From assembly GCA_040772485.1 (NCBI GenBank), contig JAXGYC010000009.1, positions 1 through 64,000 on the forward strand: a stretch of DNA of 64,000 bases. The letters are read 5' to 3'. Position numbers and translations under genes: made by a program. Under the pieces are notes generated by a model. That model ran no database searches. It saw only the letters and a list, made by a program, of their open reading frames with translations, and was not told the origin of the DNA. Below are positions 47,701 through 56,076 of this stretch, one piece after another (within the stretch, counting starts at the first letter, position 1; every line of letters begins with the position of its first letter). The DNA is from Sedimentisphaerales bacterium. Its GTDB lineage: Bacteria; Planctomycetota; Phycisphaerae; Sedimentisphaerales; Anaerobacaceae.

Positions 47701-49938
47701 GTTCAGCAGGGCGCCGCGGCCCGTCCCCGCGTCGAGGTTCTCTGTCCGGATCCAGCCGCTCAGACGATAGCGCGAGAAGGGTCGCACGCGCGTCATCGCG
47801 AACCACCCGGCGTCGGCGCCGGTGGCGGACTCGATCATCGCGCATCGTTCGTCCGTTCGTCCGCGTTGGGCATGACGGAACCGCCCCTGACCTCCGTAGG
47901 TGCGCTGTTCCCAGCTTACCGGGAGCGTCCCGTCCGAGCGCTCGAACGAGGCGTTGCGCAGCAGGTCCTCGGGCAATGTCGGCTCGGCGGCCTCCTCCGT
48001 TCGCGCGAGCCAGACGGCCATCTCGCCCGGTCCGCGATGGGCCCATGCGTAGTACGGAATCGCCACGATGTCCCGCTCGCTGTGCAGCAGGGTTTGTCCG
48101 TCGCTGGCGTACCGCAGGCCCTTGGCCTTGCCCCGGACGACGGTGACGCCGCCCAGCAGGTCGTCGCGATACGTCGCCATCAGCGAGGCGTCGTCGTTCA
48201 GCACGAGGTTGAAGACCCCGCCCTCGTTGTCGGGCCATTCGAGGCAGTAGACGAGCGGTCCTCTCTCCAGCGCGACTCGTCCGACGTTGGCAGCCACCTT
48301 CTCATTGGTGATGACCCGGCGGATCGGCATGGGCAGGTTCAGTTCGACAACGTCGCCGGTTTTCCATTCGCGTTCGAGCCGGACATAGCCCTTGTGGATA
48401 TCGATATCCTGCCGCTTGCCGTCGACCGCCAATTCCACGCTCGGCACGCCCGGGAGCCGGTACTCGTACAAGTCGCTCGGCACCGGTTGGCCCTGGGCCC
48501 AGCCGGGAATGCGAACGTAGACCGCGAATCGGCCGGCCGGTTCGGGGCTGATCGTCAGCTTGATCCTTCCGCTCCAGGGATAGTCGGTCTCCTGCAACAC
48601 GTACACAGTCCGATCGCCCAGTTTGATCGTCGCCGGGCCCTGGGCGAAGAGGTTCACGTACAGCTCGTCGTCGGTCTGGGCGTAGACGTAGCCCGGCACC
48701 GAGGCGATGAAGCGGGCGACGTTGCCGGGGCAGCAGGCGCAGCCGAACCACGGACTTCGCTCGTGCTGGCCGTGCGAGGCCAGGGGATTCGGGTAGAAGA
48801 ACCGATTTCCTTCGAGCGAAACGCCCGAGATCACGCCGTTGTAGAGGGTCCGCTCCATCACGTCGATGTACCTGGCGTCGCCGTGGAACAGGAACATACG
48901 ATGGTTCCAGTACACGTTTCCGATGGCCGCGCAGGTTTCGCAGTAGGCCGTCTCGTTGGGCAGCTCGTACGGCCCGCCGAACGCCTCGCCGTGCCCGGTC
49001 GCCCCGATCCCTCCGGTCAGGTACAGCTTCTTCGAGACCACGTCGGCCCAGATGCGGTCGATCGCCTGGAGATAGCGCTCGTCGCCCGTCATCGCCGCGA
49101 CGTCGGCCATTCCGCTATACATATAGGCGGCGCGAACCGCGTGGCCCATCGCCTCGCTCTGCTCGTAGGGCTTCTGGTGCGACTGGTTGTACGGATCGCC
49201 TCCCGGGCCTCGCGTGTCCAGGAAGAACTTCGCCAGGTCCAGGTATTTCTCGTCGCCGGTGATGCGGTAGAGCTTGACCAGGCCCATCTCGATCACCTGA
49301 TGGCCCGGCGCGCTGGCGTTCTTGCCGGGACCAAAGACGGAATCGAGCAGTTCGGCGTTCTTTAGCGCGACGCCGAGCAGGTTCCGCTTGCCCGTCGCCT
49401 GGTAGTGGGCGGCGGCGGCCTCGTAGAGATGGCCCATGTTGTAGAGTTCGTGACTGCCGGCCAGCTTCTCCCACCGCTCGTCGCCGAACCAGTTTCGCAG
49501 CCGCTCGCAGTTGTTGGTCCGGCAGGTGTAGAGATAGCCGTCCTGCTCCTGGGCGGCCGCGATCTTGGCGATCAGATCGTCGACGTACGCGTCCAGCTTC
49601 GGATCAGGCCGGACGTTCAGAACATACGCGGCGCCTTCGAGGATCTTGTAGGGGTCGGTGTCGTCGAAGGGGAAGTCGCCTTTGTGCTCGCCCTCGATCT
49701 TTCCGGCGGCCAGCAGGAAGTTGTCGATCCGGCCGGTCTGCTCGCACTGTCCGAACGCATAGGGAATGGTCACAGCCCGATTCGTCTCGATCCGCGGAGC
49801 CCAGAAGTCGTCGGCGATCTTCACCTCGGTGAACGGCACAGGGCGAATCGGATAGTCCCGACCTGCGACCTGACCACAGACCAGACCGGATAAGAACGTG
49901 CCCGCGAAGGCGATCAGTGCAATCTGCCGAGATTTCAT
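44764..49938 (-). CDS. Multimodular secreted glycosidase: GH127 + CBM-like + GH43-like propeller + GH51
   Basis: GH127 (HELYNMGH, GHAVRA, YCETCA, CACCP); LLRNASFE...WFDDIRL module; AKDPDV / IEAPSV propeller; GH51 (YGQFIEHLGRCIYGG, RWPGGNF, VGNE, DEWN). Confidence 0.9.
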   Translation of the reverse strand: MKSRQIALIAFAGTFLSGLVCGQVAGRDYPIRPVPFTEVKIADDFWAPRIETNRAVTIPYAFGQCEQTGRIDNFLLAAGKIEGEHKGDFPFDDTDPYKILEGAAYVLNVRPDPKLDAYVDDLIAKIAAAQEQDGYLYTCRTNNCERLRNWFGDERWEKLAGSHELYNMGHLYEAAAAHYQATGKRNLLGVALKNAELLDSVFGPGKNASAPGHQVIEMGLVKLYRITGDEKYLDLAKFFLDTRGPGGDPYNQSHQKPYEQSEAMGHAVRAAYMYSGMADVAAMTGDERYLQAIDRIWADVVSKKLYLTGGIGATGHGEAFGGPYELPNETAYCETCAAIGNVYWNHRMFLFHGDARYIDVMERTLYNGVISGVSLEGNRFFYPNPLASHGQHERSPWFGCACCPGNVARFIASVPGYVYAQTDDELYVNLFAQGPATIKLGDRTVYVLQETDYPWSGRIKLTISPEPAGRFAVYVRIPGWAQGQPVPSDLYEYRLPGVPSVELAVDGKRQDIDIHKGYVRLEREWKTGDVVELNLPMPIRRVITNEKVAANVGRVALERGPLVYCLEWPDNEGGVFNLVLNDDASLMATYRDDLLGGVTVVRGKAKGLRYASDGQTLLHSERDIVAIPYYAWAHRGPGEMAVWLARTEEAAEPTLPEDLLRNASFERSDGTLPVSWEQRTYGGQGRFRHAQRGRTDERCAMIESATGADAGWFAMTRVRPFSRYRLSGWIRTENLDAGTGRGALLNVHDIQGVQTQAVTGTADWTKVETEFDTGPRSRIGINCLFGGWGQSTGKAWFDDIRLERLGEATDSPGRPQMYYTDDSYERPFAKDPDVVRFNNRYLMYYSIDRGKDGIAVGIAESDDLTNWKKVGEVLPGAEYERNGLAAPGAMVRDGKVHLFYQTYGNGRDDAICHAVSDDGLHFTRNASNPIFRPEGDWNCGRAIDADAIEWKGCLLLYCATRDPAMKVQKLVVTAAPIDSDWGRDKWTQLCDTSILEPQLPWEGQCIEAPSVIERDGKLYMFYAGAYNNSPQQIGCAVSTDGVSWTRLSRYPLLPNGGADEWNASESGHPGVFQDDDGQTYLFFQGNNDKGASWYLSKMKVTWDEASFPLLVRPRDGRAFRIKESIKPVVAIDANAQGETISKYVYGQFIEHLGRCIYGGIWAEMLEDRKFFYPVGHRPSAWETTGSTSGLVMDRTDPFVGEHTPIIHTASGIRQRHLGVVKGKAYDGYIWIKPQSASGVNVEVSLVWGDGRGQRETNFFTVNAEQYMQCPLRFTPAASTDEAALEIRVTHGAAFIGTVSLMPADNIDGMRADTLKLLKELNAPVYRWPGGNFVSGYNWRDGVGLRDKRPPRKNPAWQGIEHNDFGLDEFLRFCREIDAEPMIAVNAGFGDDFCAAQEVEYANGSAETPMGRWRADNGHREPYDVTWWCVGNEMYGSWQLGHMALEQYVIKHNLFARAMRAVDPDIKLIGVGAVGSWSRGMLENCAETMDLISEHFYRQEREPIADHVQQIPDAVRSIADAHRRYREQLDSLAGKDIRIALDEWNYWYGPHVFGELGTRYFMKDALGIAAGLHEMARNSDLYFMANYAQTVNVIGAIKTTETAAALETTGLVLKLYRNHFGTVPVAVSGKLHGLDVAAAWTADKKAITIGIVNPTEAAYDVTLTLEGTALTGRGRCWTIAHDDPMAYNEPGQAPTVKITEDSVSGLSDTLDCPAYSVRLYELEVR

Positions 49939-50050
49939 CACGTCTCCTTTCAACGATTCGTTTCAGAGCGATAGAGGCACAGGGCCTCATTTTACGACAA
50001 ATGCCGACCAATGCAATCCTTTGTCAGGGTGTCGGCTGACTGAGAATCGA

Positions 50051-50078
50051 GCAGGGGCGAATGATTATTCGCCCCGAC
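50051..50078 (+). repeat. REP family A copy between divergent genes
   Basis: GCAGGGGCGAATGATTATTCGCCCCGAC. Confidence 0.85.
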
Positions 50079-50169
50079 GGGTTGCCGTCTTGACGAACCG
50101 GCGGTATGACCGGACAATCTCTCTTGTCCGCCGTATGCCGTAGTCCGGCGCCAGCAAAGGAGAGATTCG

Positions 50170-50523
50170 ATGAGGATGGTTTCACGAAGGAGGTTATTGC
50201 CTGTCTCGTTGGCCGTTGGCCTGGTCCTGTGGCTCTTGCTGTCCGGCTGTCACGGCCTGCAAAAGGCCACGCGGACCGGCCGGCCCTGTCCGGTCTGCAA
50301 GAGACAGACCCGGGCTTTGCCGGTTGCGAGACTGACGTATACGACTTGCGTGTGTCCCGTGTGCAGGAACGTGACCACCCTGAACGCCTCGACACGAACC
50401 GCTGTGGAGACCTATACCGGGGCGGCCCTCGGCGACACCGTGGAAGTCTGTGGCTACTGCCAGATCATCGCCGAGCGCTGCGCCGCCTGCCGCAAATCAC
50501 CGGCCAAGCCGGCGGGTCCCTGA
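50170..50523 (+). CDS. Putative lipoprotein with four CxxC motifs
   Basis: AAGGAG RBS; SRRRLL n-region; LSGC lipobox; CPVC, CPVC, CGYC, CAAC. Confidence 0.7.
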   Translation: MRMVSRRRLLPVSLAVGLVLWLLLSGCHGLQKATRTGRPCPVCKRQTRALPVARLTYTTCVCPVCRNVTTLNASTRTAVETYTGAALGDTVEVCGYCQIIAERCAACRKSPAKPAGP

Positions 50524-50600
50524 CGTCCTTTTGGTCCCAAGCGACCTGAGCGACGGCAAGGACCGAACTGACGATAGTCTTCTGGCGGAGCAATTCTCGA

Positions 50601-51293
50601 ATGGGTGACTGGGCAGGGCATGGTACGACGGTCTTCTTCGACCTGGACGGGACGCTGACCGACCCGAGGGAGGGGATCACCCGGTGTCTTCAATACGCTC
50701 TGGCGCAGCTCGGTCGTCCGGTTCCGCCGCAGGCCGAACTGGTGCAGTACATCGGCCCGCCTTTGCGATGGACGTTCCCGCGTCTGCTGGCGAGCGACGA
50801 CAAGGCCCTGGTCGATGCCGCGCTCGAGCATTATCGGCGACGCTATGCGGACGTCGGCCTCTTCGAGAACGAACTCTACACCGGCATTCCCGAATCGCTC
50901 GAGACCCTGCGCGACGACGGGTTCCGGCTCCTCGTCGTCACGTCCAAGCCGGCGGTCTATGCCGAGCGGATTATCGATCACTTTGAGCTGACGGAGTATT
51001 TCGAAGACGTGTTCGGGCCGGACCTGGACGGCCGGTTCGACGACAAGGGCGAACTCGTCGCCCACATCCTGCACGAACGAGCCATCAGGCCGGAGCGAGC
51101 GATCATGGTCGGTGACCGGGCCAGCGATATTCTGGCCGGCAAGGTCAACGGCACGCGCACCATCGCGGTGACCTACGGCTTCGGCAGCATGGAGGAACTT
51201 GCCGCCGCGAAGCCCGACCGCACCTGTCACGACCCAGCGGAGATTTGTGACGCACTCGGCAGTCTGCATGGCGGGACGCAGGCGGAGCATTGA
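50601..51293 (+). CDS. HAD-family hydrolase (phosphoglycolate phosphatase-like)
   Basis: FDLDGTLTD, TSK, MVGDR..D. Confidence 0.9.
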   Translation: MGDWAGHGTTVFFDLDGTLTDPREGITRCLQYALAQLGRPVPPQAELVQYIGPPLRWTFPRLLASDDKALVDAALEHYRRRYADVGLFENELYTGIPESLETLRDDGFRLLVVTSKPAVYAERIIDHFELTEYFEDVFGPDLDGRFDDKGELVAHILHERAIRPERAIMVGDRASDILAGKVNGTRTIAVTYGFGSMEELAAAKPDRTCHDPAEICDALGSLHGGTQAEH

Positions 51294-51365
51294 CGGGGTC
51301 CTTCGTTTGTGCTAAGAAGGCCCGGTGACACATTCGATATCCGTGAGCATGAAAGGGGCGAGCGC

Positions 51366-51710
51366 ATGTTTGTGCAGGGCAACGACGACGGTTACTCGAC
51401 GCCCATCGAGGGCATTCGGCAGAAGACTCTGGCCTATGGGGCCAGGACGTTGATGACGGAGTTCCGGCTGGAGGGCGGACGTGTTCTGCCCCTGCACCAG
51501 CATCCCTACGAGCAGACCGGCTACCTCGTGCGCGGAAGGCTGCGCCTGACCGTGGGACAAGAGCGGCACGACACCCGCCCCGGCGACAGTTGGTGCATCC
51601 CGCCCGACGTGATCCACGGCGCCGAGGTGCTCGAGGACAGCGTCGCCATCGAGGTCTTCTCGCCGGTCCGCGAGGACTATCTGCCTCGCGCCCACCCCGC
51701 CGGCAGCTAA
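51366..51710 (+). CDS. Cupin-domain protein
   Basis: HQHPYEQTGY, GDSWCIP...HGA, EVFSPVREDY. Confidence 0.88.
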   Translation: MFVQGNDDGYSTPIEGIRQKTLAYGARTLMTEFRLEGGRVLPLHQHPYEQTGYLVRGRLRLTVGQERHDTRPGDSWCIPPDVIHGAEVLEDSVAIEVFSPVREDYLPRAHPAGS

Positions 51711-51737
51711 GCCCCATTCTCGATCGCCGGATGAGGC

Positions 51738-52724
51738 CTAACCAAAGTGGAGTTCGACAATGTCCTTGTCGTGCAGGACGTGGGTGAGGTGGACGTTCTG
51801 GCCGTCGTGGACGCCGGTGCCCCAGCACTTGGCGCTCTTGAGCTTCTCGGCCAGCTCGCGGTGGATCGTGCGGGCCAGGTCATGGACGGTCGAGCCGGCC
51901 GGCAGCGTGAAGGGGTCGTTCATGTCGGGGGGCTTGCCCGGCGGCTTGGCATAGACGCGAATGATCGCCAGCGTATCGAACAGGAACTTCGCGAAGGCGT
52001 CCAGGCCCTCGCCGGTCTGTGTGGAGATCTTCACGAACTCCAGCGGCCTTTCGCACGACTTCTTCGCCAGCTCGAACGCGCCGTCGGCCGCGATGTCCGC
52101 CTTGGTGCACAGGCAGAAGGCCTTCCGGCCGAGTGCGTTGCCATGGCCGTCCGTCGCGGGCGTCTTCTCGTCCAGCAGCAGGTTCCGCGATTCGAGGAAG
52201 TCCAACAGGATCAGCAGTTGCTCTTCGACGTCTTGTGACAGGTCGACGACGATCGCGATCAGGTCGCCGTTGCGATACGTGCCCACCTGGCCCGGCGCCG
52301 TGTAGTCGGCGGTGATCGGTGGCATGTCCACGAGTTGAATCTGCACGTCCTCGTACTTGACCATCCCCGGCACCGGCGCGTGCGTGGCGAAAGAGAACTC
52401 CGCCACGGTGACCTTGGCGTGGGTCAGGGCCGCGAGGATGGCGCTCTTGCCGGAGTTCGGGGTTCCCAGCAGGACCACCTGCCCGGCCCCCGAACGCGGG
52501 ACGTGGAAGATGTCTACGTGCTTGCCCGCCTTCTTCTGCTGCGTGGCGGCGTCCTTGAGCTGGCTGAGTTTGCGCTTCAGGTCCGCCTGGAGATGCTCGG
52601 TCCCCTTGTGCTTGGGCATCACCGCCAGCATCTGCTCCAGCGCGAGCATCTTCTCCTCGTTCATCGAGGCGCTGCGGTACCACTGCTCCGCTTTGAAGTA
52701 GTCTGGTGTCAGGTTCGCCGGCAT
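51738..52724 (-). CDS. DRG-like OBG-family GTPase with TGS domain
   Basis: MPANLTP, PKHKGT, GTPNSGKS, TKAD, C-terminal TGS (HVLHDKDIVELH). Confidence 0.88.
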   Translation of the reverse strand: MPANLTPDYFKAEQWYRSASMNEEKMLALEQMLAVMPKHKGTEHLQADLKRKLSQLKDAATQQKKAGKHVDIFHVPRSGAGQVVLLGTPNSGKSAILAALTHAKVTVAEFSFATHAPVPGMVKYEDVQIQLVDMPPITADYTAPGQVGTYRNGDLIAIVVDLSQDVEEQLLILLDFLESRNLLLDEKTPATDGHGNALGRKAFCLCTKADIAADGAFELAKKSCERPLEFVKISTQTGEGLDAFAKFLFDTLAIIRVYAKPPGKPPDMNDPFTLPAGSTVHDLARTIHRELAEKLKSAKCWGTGVHDGQNVHLTHVLHDKDIVELHFG

Positions 52725-52843
52725 AGGAACCACACTCAGCCGCTATGCTTTCTTCTGGGCTACGCTTGGCCCATTATACAGGATCGGCCCCCGATGAGAA
52801 CCCCCCATCGCCACGACTCGACTGCGGCGATATTCACACACGC

Positions 52844-54598
52844 TTAACGCGATTGCTCCTTCTCGGCGTAATACGCTTTGATCGCATCCATCGTCTCCTG
52901 GGGATAATCCGTAGCGAAACTGACGCAGCCCAGATCGAGGAGTCGTTGATAGGTCTCAGGCCGGTCGCCCTGCGTCCAGGAGAGCGTCTGAAAGAGAATC
53001 CCATAGCGACGTAGTTCTTCGCCGGTCCTTTTCAGAAATGTCTCGCTGGGCGAAAAGACGCCGTTCTCGGCAATCGAGACGTGAATCTGAAGCTGATCGA
53101 TATGGGCGAACTTCACGTCACGCAACGCGGCCAGTCGCCGGGCCAGATCGTCCTCCTTGCCGCCCATCCAGTGCAGTGTCTTCGAACGCGGGGCGACCTG
53201 CTTCCACTCTGTGAGTTCATCGTACTTCGTCGAGGCCACAATCAGCCGGGGATGATACCCCAGCGTCTGTCGTGCCAAGACGTCGAAGTCGATCTGTTTG
53301 ATGTCGATATAGAGCATGCGATCGGGATGCGCGTCGAGAGCCTCGAGCATCCGGGCCAGGCTGATGATCCTCTGGCCGGCGAACGATTCGCCCCGGAACG
53401 CACCGATGTCAAGCTGTTGCGTTTCGGCGAAGGTCAGGTCTTCGATTCCCTTCTTCTTCAACTCCTCCGGCGCATCCGGGAGAATGCGGGCAAAGTTGGT
53501 GTCGTGGAACGAGACGATGACTCCATCCCTGGTCATGCGGAGATCCGCCTCCGGAACCATGTGGAGTCTCCAGGCCATCTCGAAGGATTCCAGCGACCCT
53601 TCCGGAGCGGCGTTTCCGTAGCCGCGATGCGCCTGCACGATGACCTCCTCGAACGGAATGTGATCCCGCACGTTCCAGATGCCCGCCAGCGGCTGCGCAT
53701 AGTACTCATCCAACGCCTGCATCGCGATATCCGGTCGGTCGGTGCTGAGGCCTGCCGTTCCGAGGTCCAGAAGACGTCTGTAATAATCGACCCTGTCGCC
53801 ATGTTCGCCGACGCCCCAGGGCATCGTCTGGAACTCGATGCGCCGACGACGCAATTCGCTGCCCGCTTTTCTCAGGCAAGATTCGGAGGGCACCGTTGTC
53901 CCATCCTCGTTGAACCGGACGTGAATCTGAAGATGCGTGACACCTTCGAAATCCGATGCCCGAAGCGCCGCGAACCGCTCTTCAATGTCCTCGTCCGTCG
54001 CCTTTCCCAGTCCCATCCACAGCATCGCTCCGGAAAGCGGCGCCATCTTGCGCCATCGCCGGGCTTCGTCATCCTTGCCCGTTGCCAGCACGATCTGTTC
54101 GTGAAGTCCCTCGGTTGCTCTGGCCAGGAGATGGAAATCGGCATTCTTGACGTCGACATATACCCGGCGCCAGCGATCCTGACGCAGCGCCTCACAGATC
54201 TCCTCCAGACTGACAATTCTCTGCCCGGCGAACGCGGCGCCGCGAAACGCGCCGATGTCGAGCCGTCGCGCTTCGTCATAGGTAAGGTCTTCCAGTCCCT
54301 TCTTCTTGGCCTCTTCGGAGGCATCGGGGAGAATCCGGGCGAAGTTGTTGTCGTGGAACATCATGATGACGCCGTCTTTGGTGGTTCGGACGTCCACTTC
54401 CGGAATCCCGCCCATGCGCCAGGCCAATTCGAGCGCCTCCATGGTGTTCTCCGGCGCCAGATACCCCGCGCCGCGATGTGCGATGACCGTGACCGACTCT
54501 TGCGGCACATTTCGAATGTTCCATTGGAGTTCATCGGCGGCGCTCGTCGCCACGCTCATCAAGCATAGCGCAACACAGAATCGGATGGCCTGTTTCAT
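52844..54598 (-). CDS. Secreted tandem glycerophosphodiester phosphodiesterase (two GDPD domains)
   Basis: Two copies of AHRG...PE...E.D...T.DG....FHD and terminal S/A-TD-R/Y-P. Confidence 0.88.
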   Translation of the reverse strand: MKQAIRFCVALCLMSVATSAADELQWNIRNVPQESVTVIAHRGAGYLAPENTMEALELAWRMGGIPEVDVRTTKDGVIMMFHDNNFARILPDASEEAKKKGLEDLTYDEARRLDIGAFRGAAFAGQRIVSLEEICEALRQDRWRRVYVDVKNADFHLLARATEGLHEQIVLATGKDDEARRWRKMAPLSGAMLWMGLGKATDEDIEERFAALRASDFEGVTHLQIHVRFNEDGTTVPSESCLRKAGSELRRRRIEFQTMPWGVGEHGDRVDYYRRLLDLGTAGLSTDRPDIAMQALDEYYAQPLAGIWNVRDHIPFEEVIVQAHRGYGNAAPEGSLESFEMAWRLHMVPEADLRMTRDGVIVSFHDTNFARILPDAPEELKKKGIEDLTFAETQQLDIGAFRGESFAGQRIISLARMLEALDAHPDRMLYIDIKQIDFDVLARQTLGYHPRLIVASTKYDELTEWKQVAPRSKTLHWMGGKEDDLARRLAALRDVKFAHIDQLQIHVSIAENGVFSPSETFLKRTGEELRRYGILFQTLSWTQGDRPETYQRLLDLGCVSFATDYPQETMDAIKAYYAEKEQSR

Positions 54599-54653
54599 TG
54601 CTCGTCTCGTTTGAACCGGATCGTCCGTGAGGTTCCGTTGGCCTTCAAACAAT

Positions 54654-54733
54654 CGGGCGGCAGCCTGTTTGCGAGGTGTCCCTCAGGGCATGAGACACAC
54701 CTTCCGGGGTGACCGCAAACACACTGCCGCCCG
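54654..54733. repeat. Intergenic hairpin element between leuB and the GDPD gene
   Basis: CGGGCGGCAG / CTGCCGCCCG and TGTTTGCG / CGCAAACA stems. Confidence 0.6.
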
Positions 54734-54753
54734 CAACAAGTCCTTTCGCGTCG

Positions 54754-55842
54754 CTACCCGGCGACCTTTTCGGCGACGAGGTCACCGACTTGGCTGGTGG
54801 AATAGCCCATCTTCCCGGCGGCCAGGCTCTTGAGCTTGTTCGCGGTCACGTACATCACCGCCTTCTCGATGGCGTCGGCCGCCTTCTCTTCGCCCAGCGT
54901 CGCCAGCATCATCTGCGCCGAGCAGATGGCCGCCAGCGGGTTGATCACGCCCTTGCCCGTGTATTTCGGGGCGCTGCCGCCGATGGGCTCGAACATGCTG
55001 ACGCCCTCCGGGTTGATATTGCCCCCGGCGGCGATGCCCATGCCGCCCTGGGTGATGGCGCCGAGGTCGGTGATGATGTCGCCGAACAGGTTGCCCGTGA
55101 CGATCACGTCGAACCACTCGGGGTTCTTCACCATCCACATGCACGTCGCATCGACGTGATAGTACTCGCGCGTGACGTCGGGATACTCGGCCTTGCCGAT
55201 CTCATGGAAGGCCCGCTCCCACAGGTCGTAGATGTACGTCAGCACGTTGGTCTTGCCGCACAGCGCCAGCGTGTTCTTGTCGCCCTTTCCGCGCGCCTTC
55301 TTGCCGTGCTTGCGTGCGTATTCAAAGGCGTACCGCAGGCAGCGATCGACCTGATGCCGCGAGTAGACGGCCGTCTGCACGGCCACCTCGTGCGGCGTGC
55401 CCTTCATCGTGAAGCCGCCGGCGCCCGTGTAGGCGTCGCCGGAATTCTCGCGGACGACCACGTAGTCGATTTCGTTGGGGCCCTTGTTCTTCAGCGGGCA
55501 CTCCACGCCCGGATAGAGCCGGACCGGACGCAGATTGATGTACTGGTCCAGCGCGAAACGGGCCTTCAGCAGAATGCCCTTCTCCAGGATGCCCGGCGCG
55601 ACGTCCGGGTGGCCGATGGCCCCCAGCAAGATCGCGTCGAATTTCCGCAGCTCCTCGACGGCGCTGTCGGGCAGCGTCTCGCCCGTTCGCTTGTATCGTT
55701 CGCCGCCGAAATCGAATTCGGTCAGATCGACCTGGAAGCCGAACTTCGTTGCGGCGGTCTTCAGCACCTTCACGGCCTCGGCCGTCACTTCCGGCCCCGT
55801 CCCGTCTCCGGGCATCACTGCAATCTTGTACCTCTTTGCCAT
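54754..55842 (-). CDS. leuB: 3-isopropylmalate dehydrogenase
   Basis: GDGTGPEV, NLRP, VRENS, NLFGDIITD, EPIGGSAP; leu operon context. Confidence 0.9.
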   Translation of the reverse strand: MAKRYKIAVMPGDGTGPEVTAEAVKVLKTAATKFGFQVDLTEFDFGGERYKRTGETLPDSAVEELRKFDAILLGAIGHPDVAPGILEKGILLKARFALDQYINLRPVRLYPGVECPLKNKGPNEIDYVVVRENSGDAYTGAGGFTMKGTPHEVAVQTAVYSRHQVDRCLRYAFEYARKHGKKARGKGDKNTLALCGKTNVLTYIYDLWERAFHEIGKAEYPDVTREYYHVDATCMWMVKNPEWFDVIVTGNLFGDIITDLGAITQGGMGIAAGGNINPEGVSMFEPIGGSAPKYTGKGVINPLAAICSAQMMLATLGEEKAADAIEKAVMYVTANKLKSLAAGKMGYSTSQVGDLVAEKVAG

Positions 55843-55943
55843 CCAGCTACTTCCTTTCTTGTTCACGTTTTCGAATTCAACTCAACTTCCATCCCGCCCC
55901 GATGATTCCTGCCAGTGCCAGAACCCACACGTAGGGCCGGTGC

Positions 55944-56030
55944 AGGATCAGCGTGCCGATTATACAGTTCTGCCCGGCCGTCTTCATAGCCTTCTATCCA
56001 CTTGAAATCCCCGTCCGGCCAGCACCGGTT
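55944..56030 (-). pseudogene. Decayed sulfatase C-terminal fragment
   Basis: Reads DGDFKWIEGYEDGRAELYNRHADP versus LGDYKLIEFYEDHRVELYNLRDDL in the sulfatase; 13-bp identity GATTATACAGTTC at 55958 and 58026. Confidence 0.75.
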
Positions 56031-56076
56031 GCGTTCAACCATCTTCTCCGATTCACACCCGTCTTCGGCACGCGCC

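Noticed and set aside
3876..50078. 28-bp palindromic repeats as a CRISPR array
   Set aside because: The copies are dispersed over kilobases, are not regularly spaced, and there are no cas genes; they fit REP elements.
50170..50523. Multiheme cytochrome c
   Set aside because: None of the CxxC motifs is followed by His.
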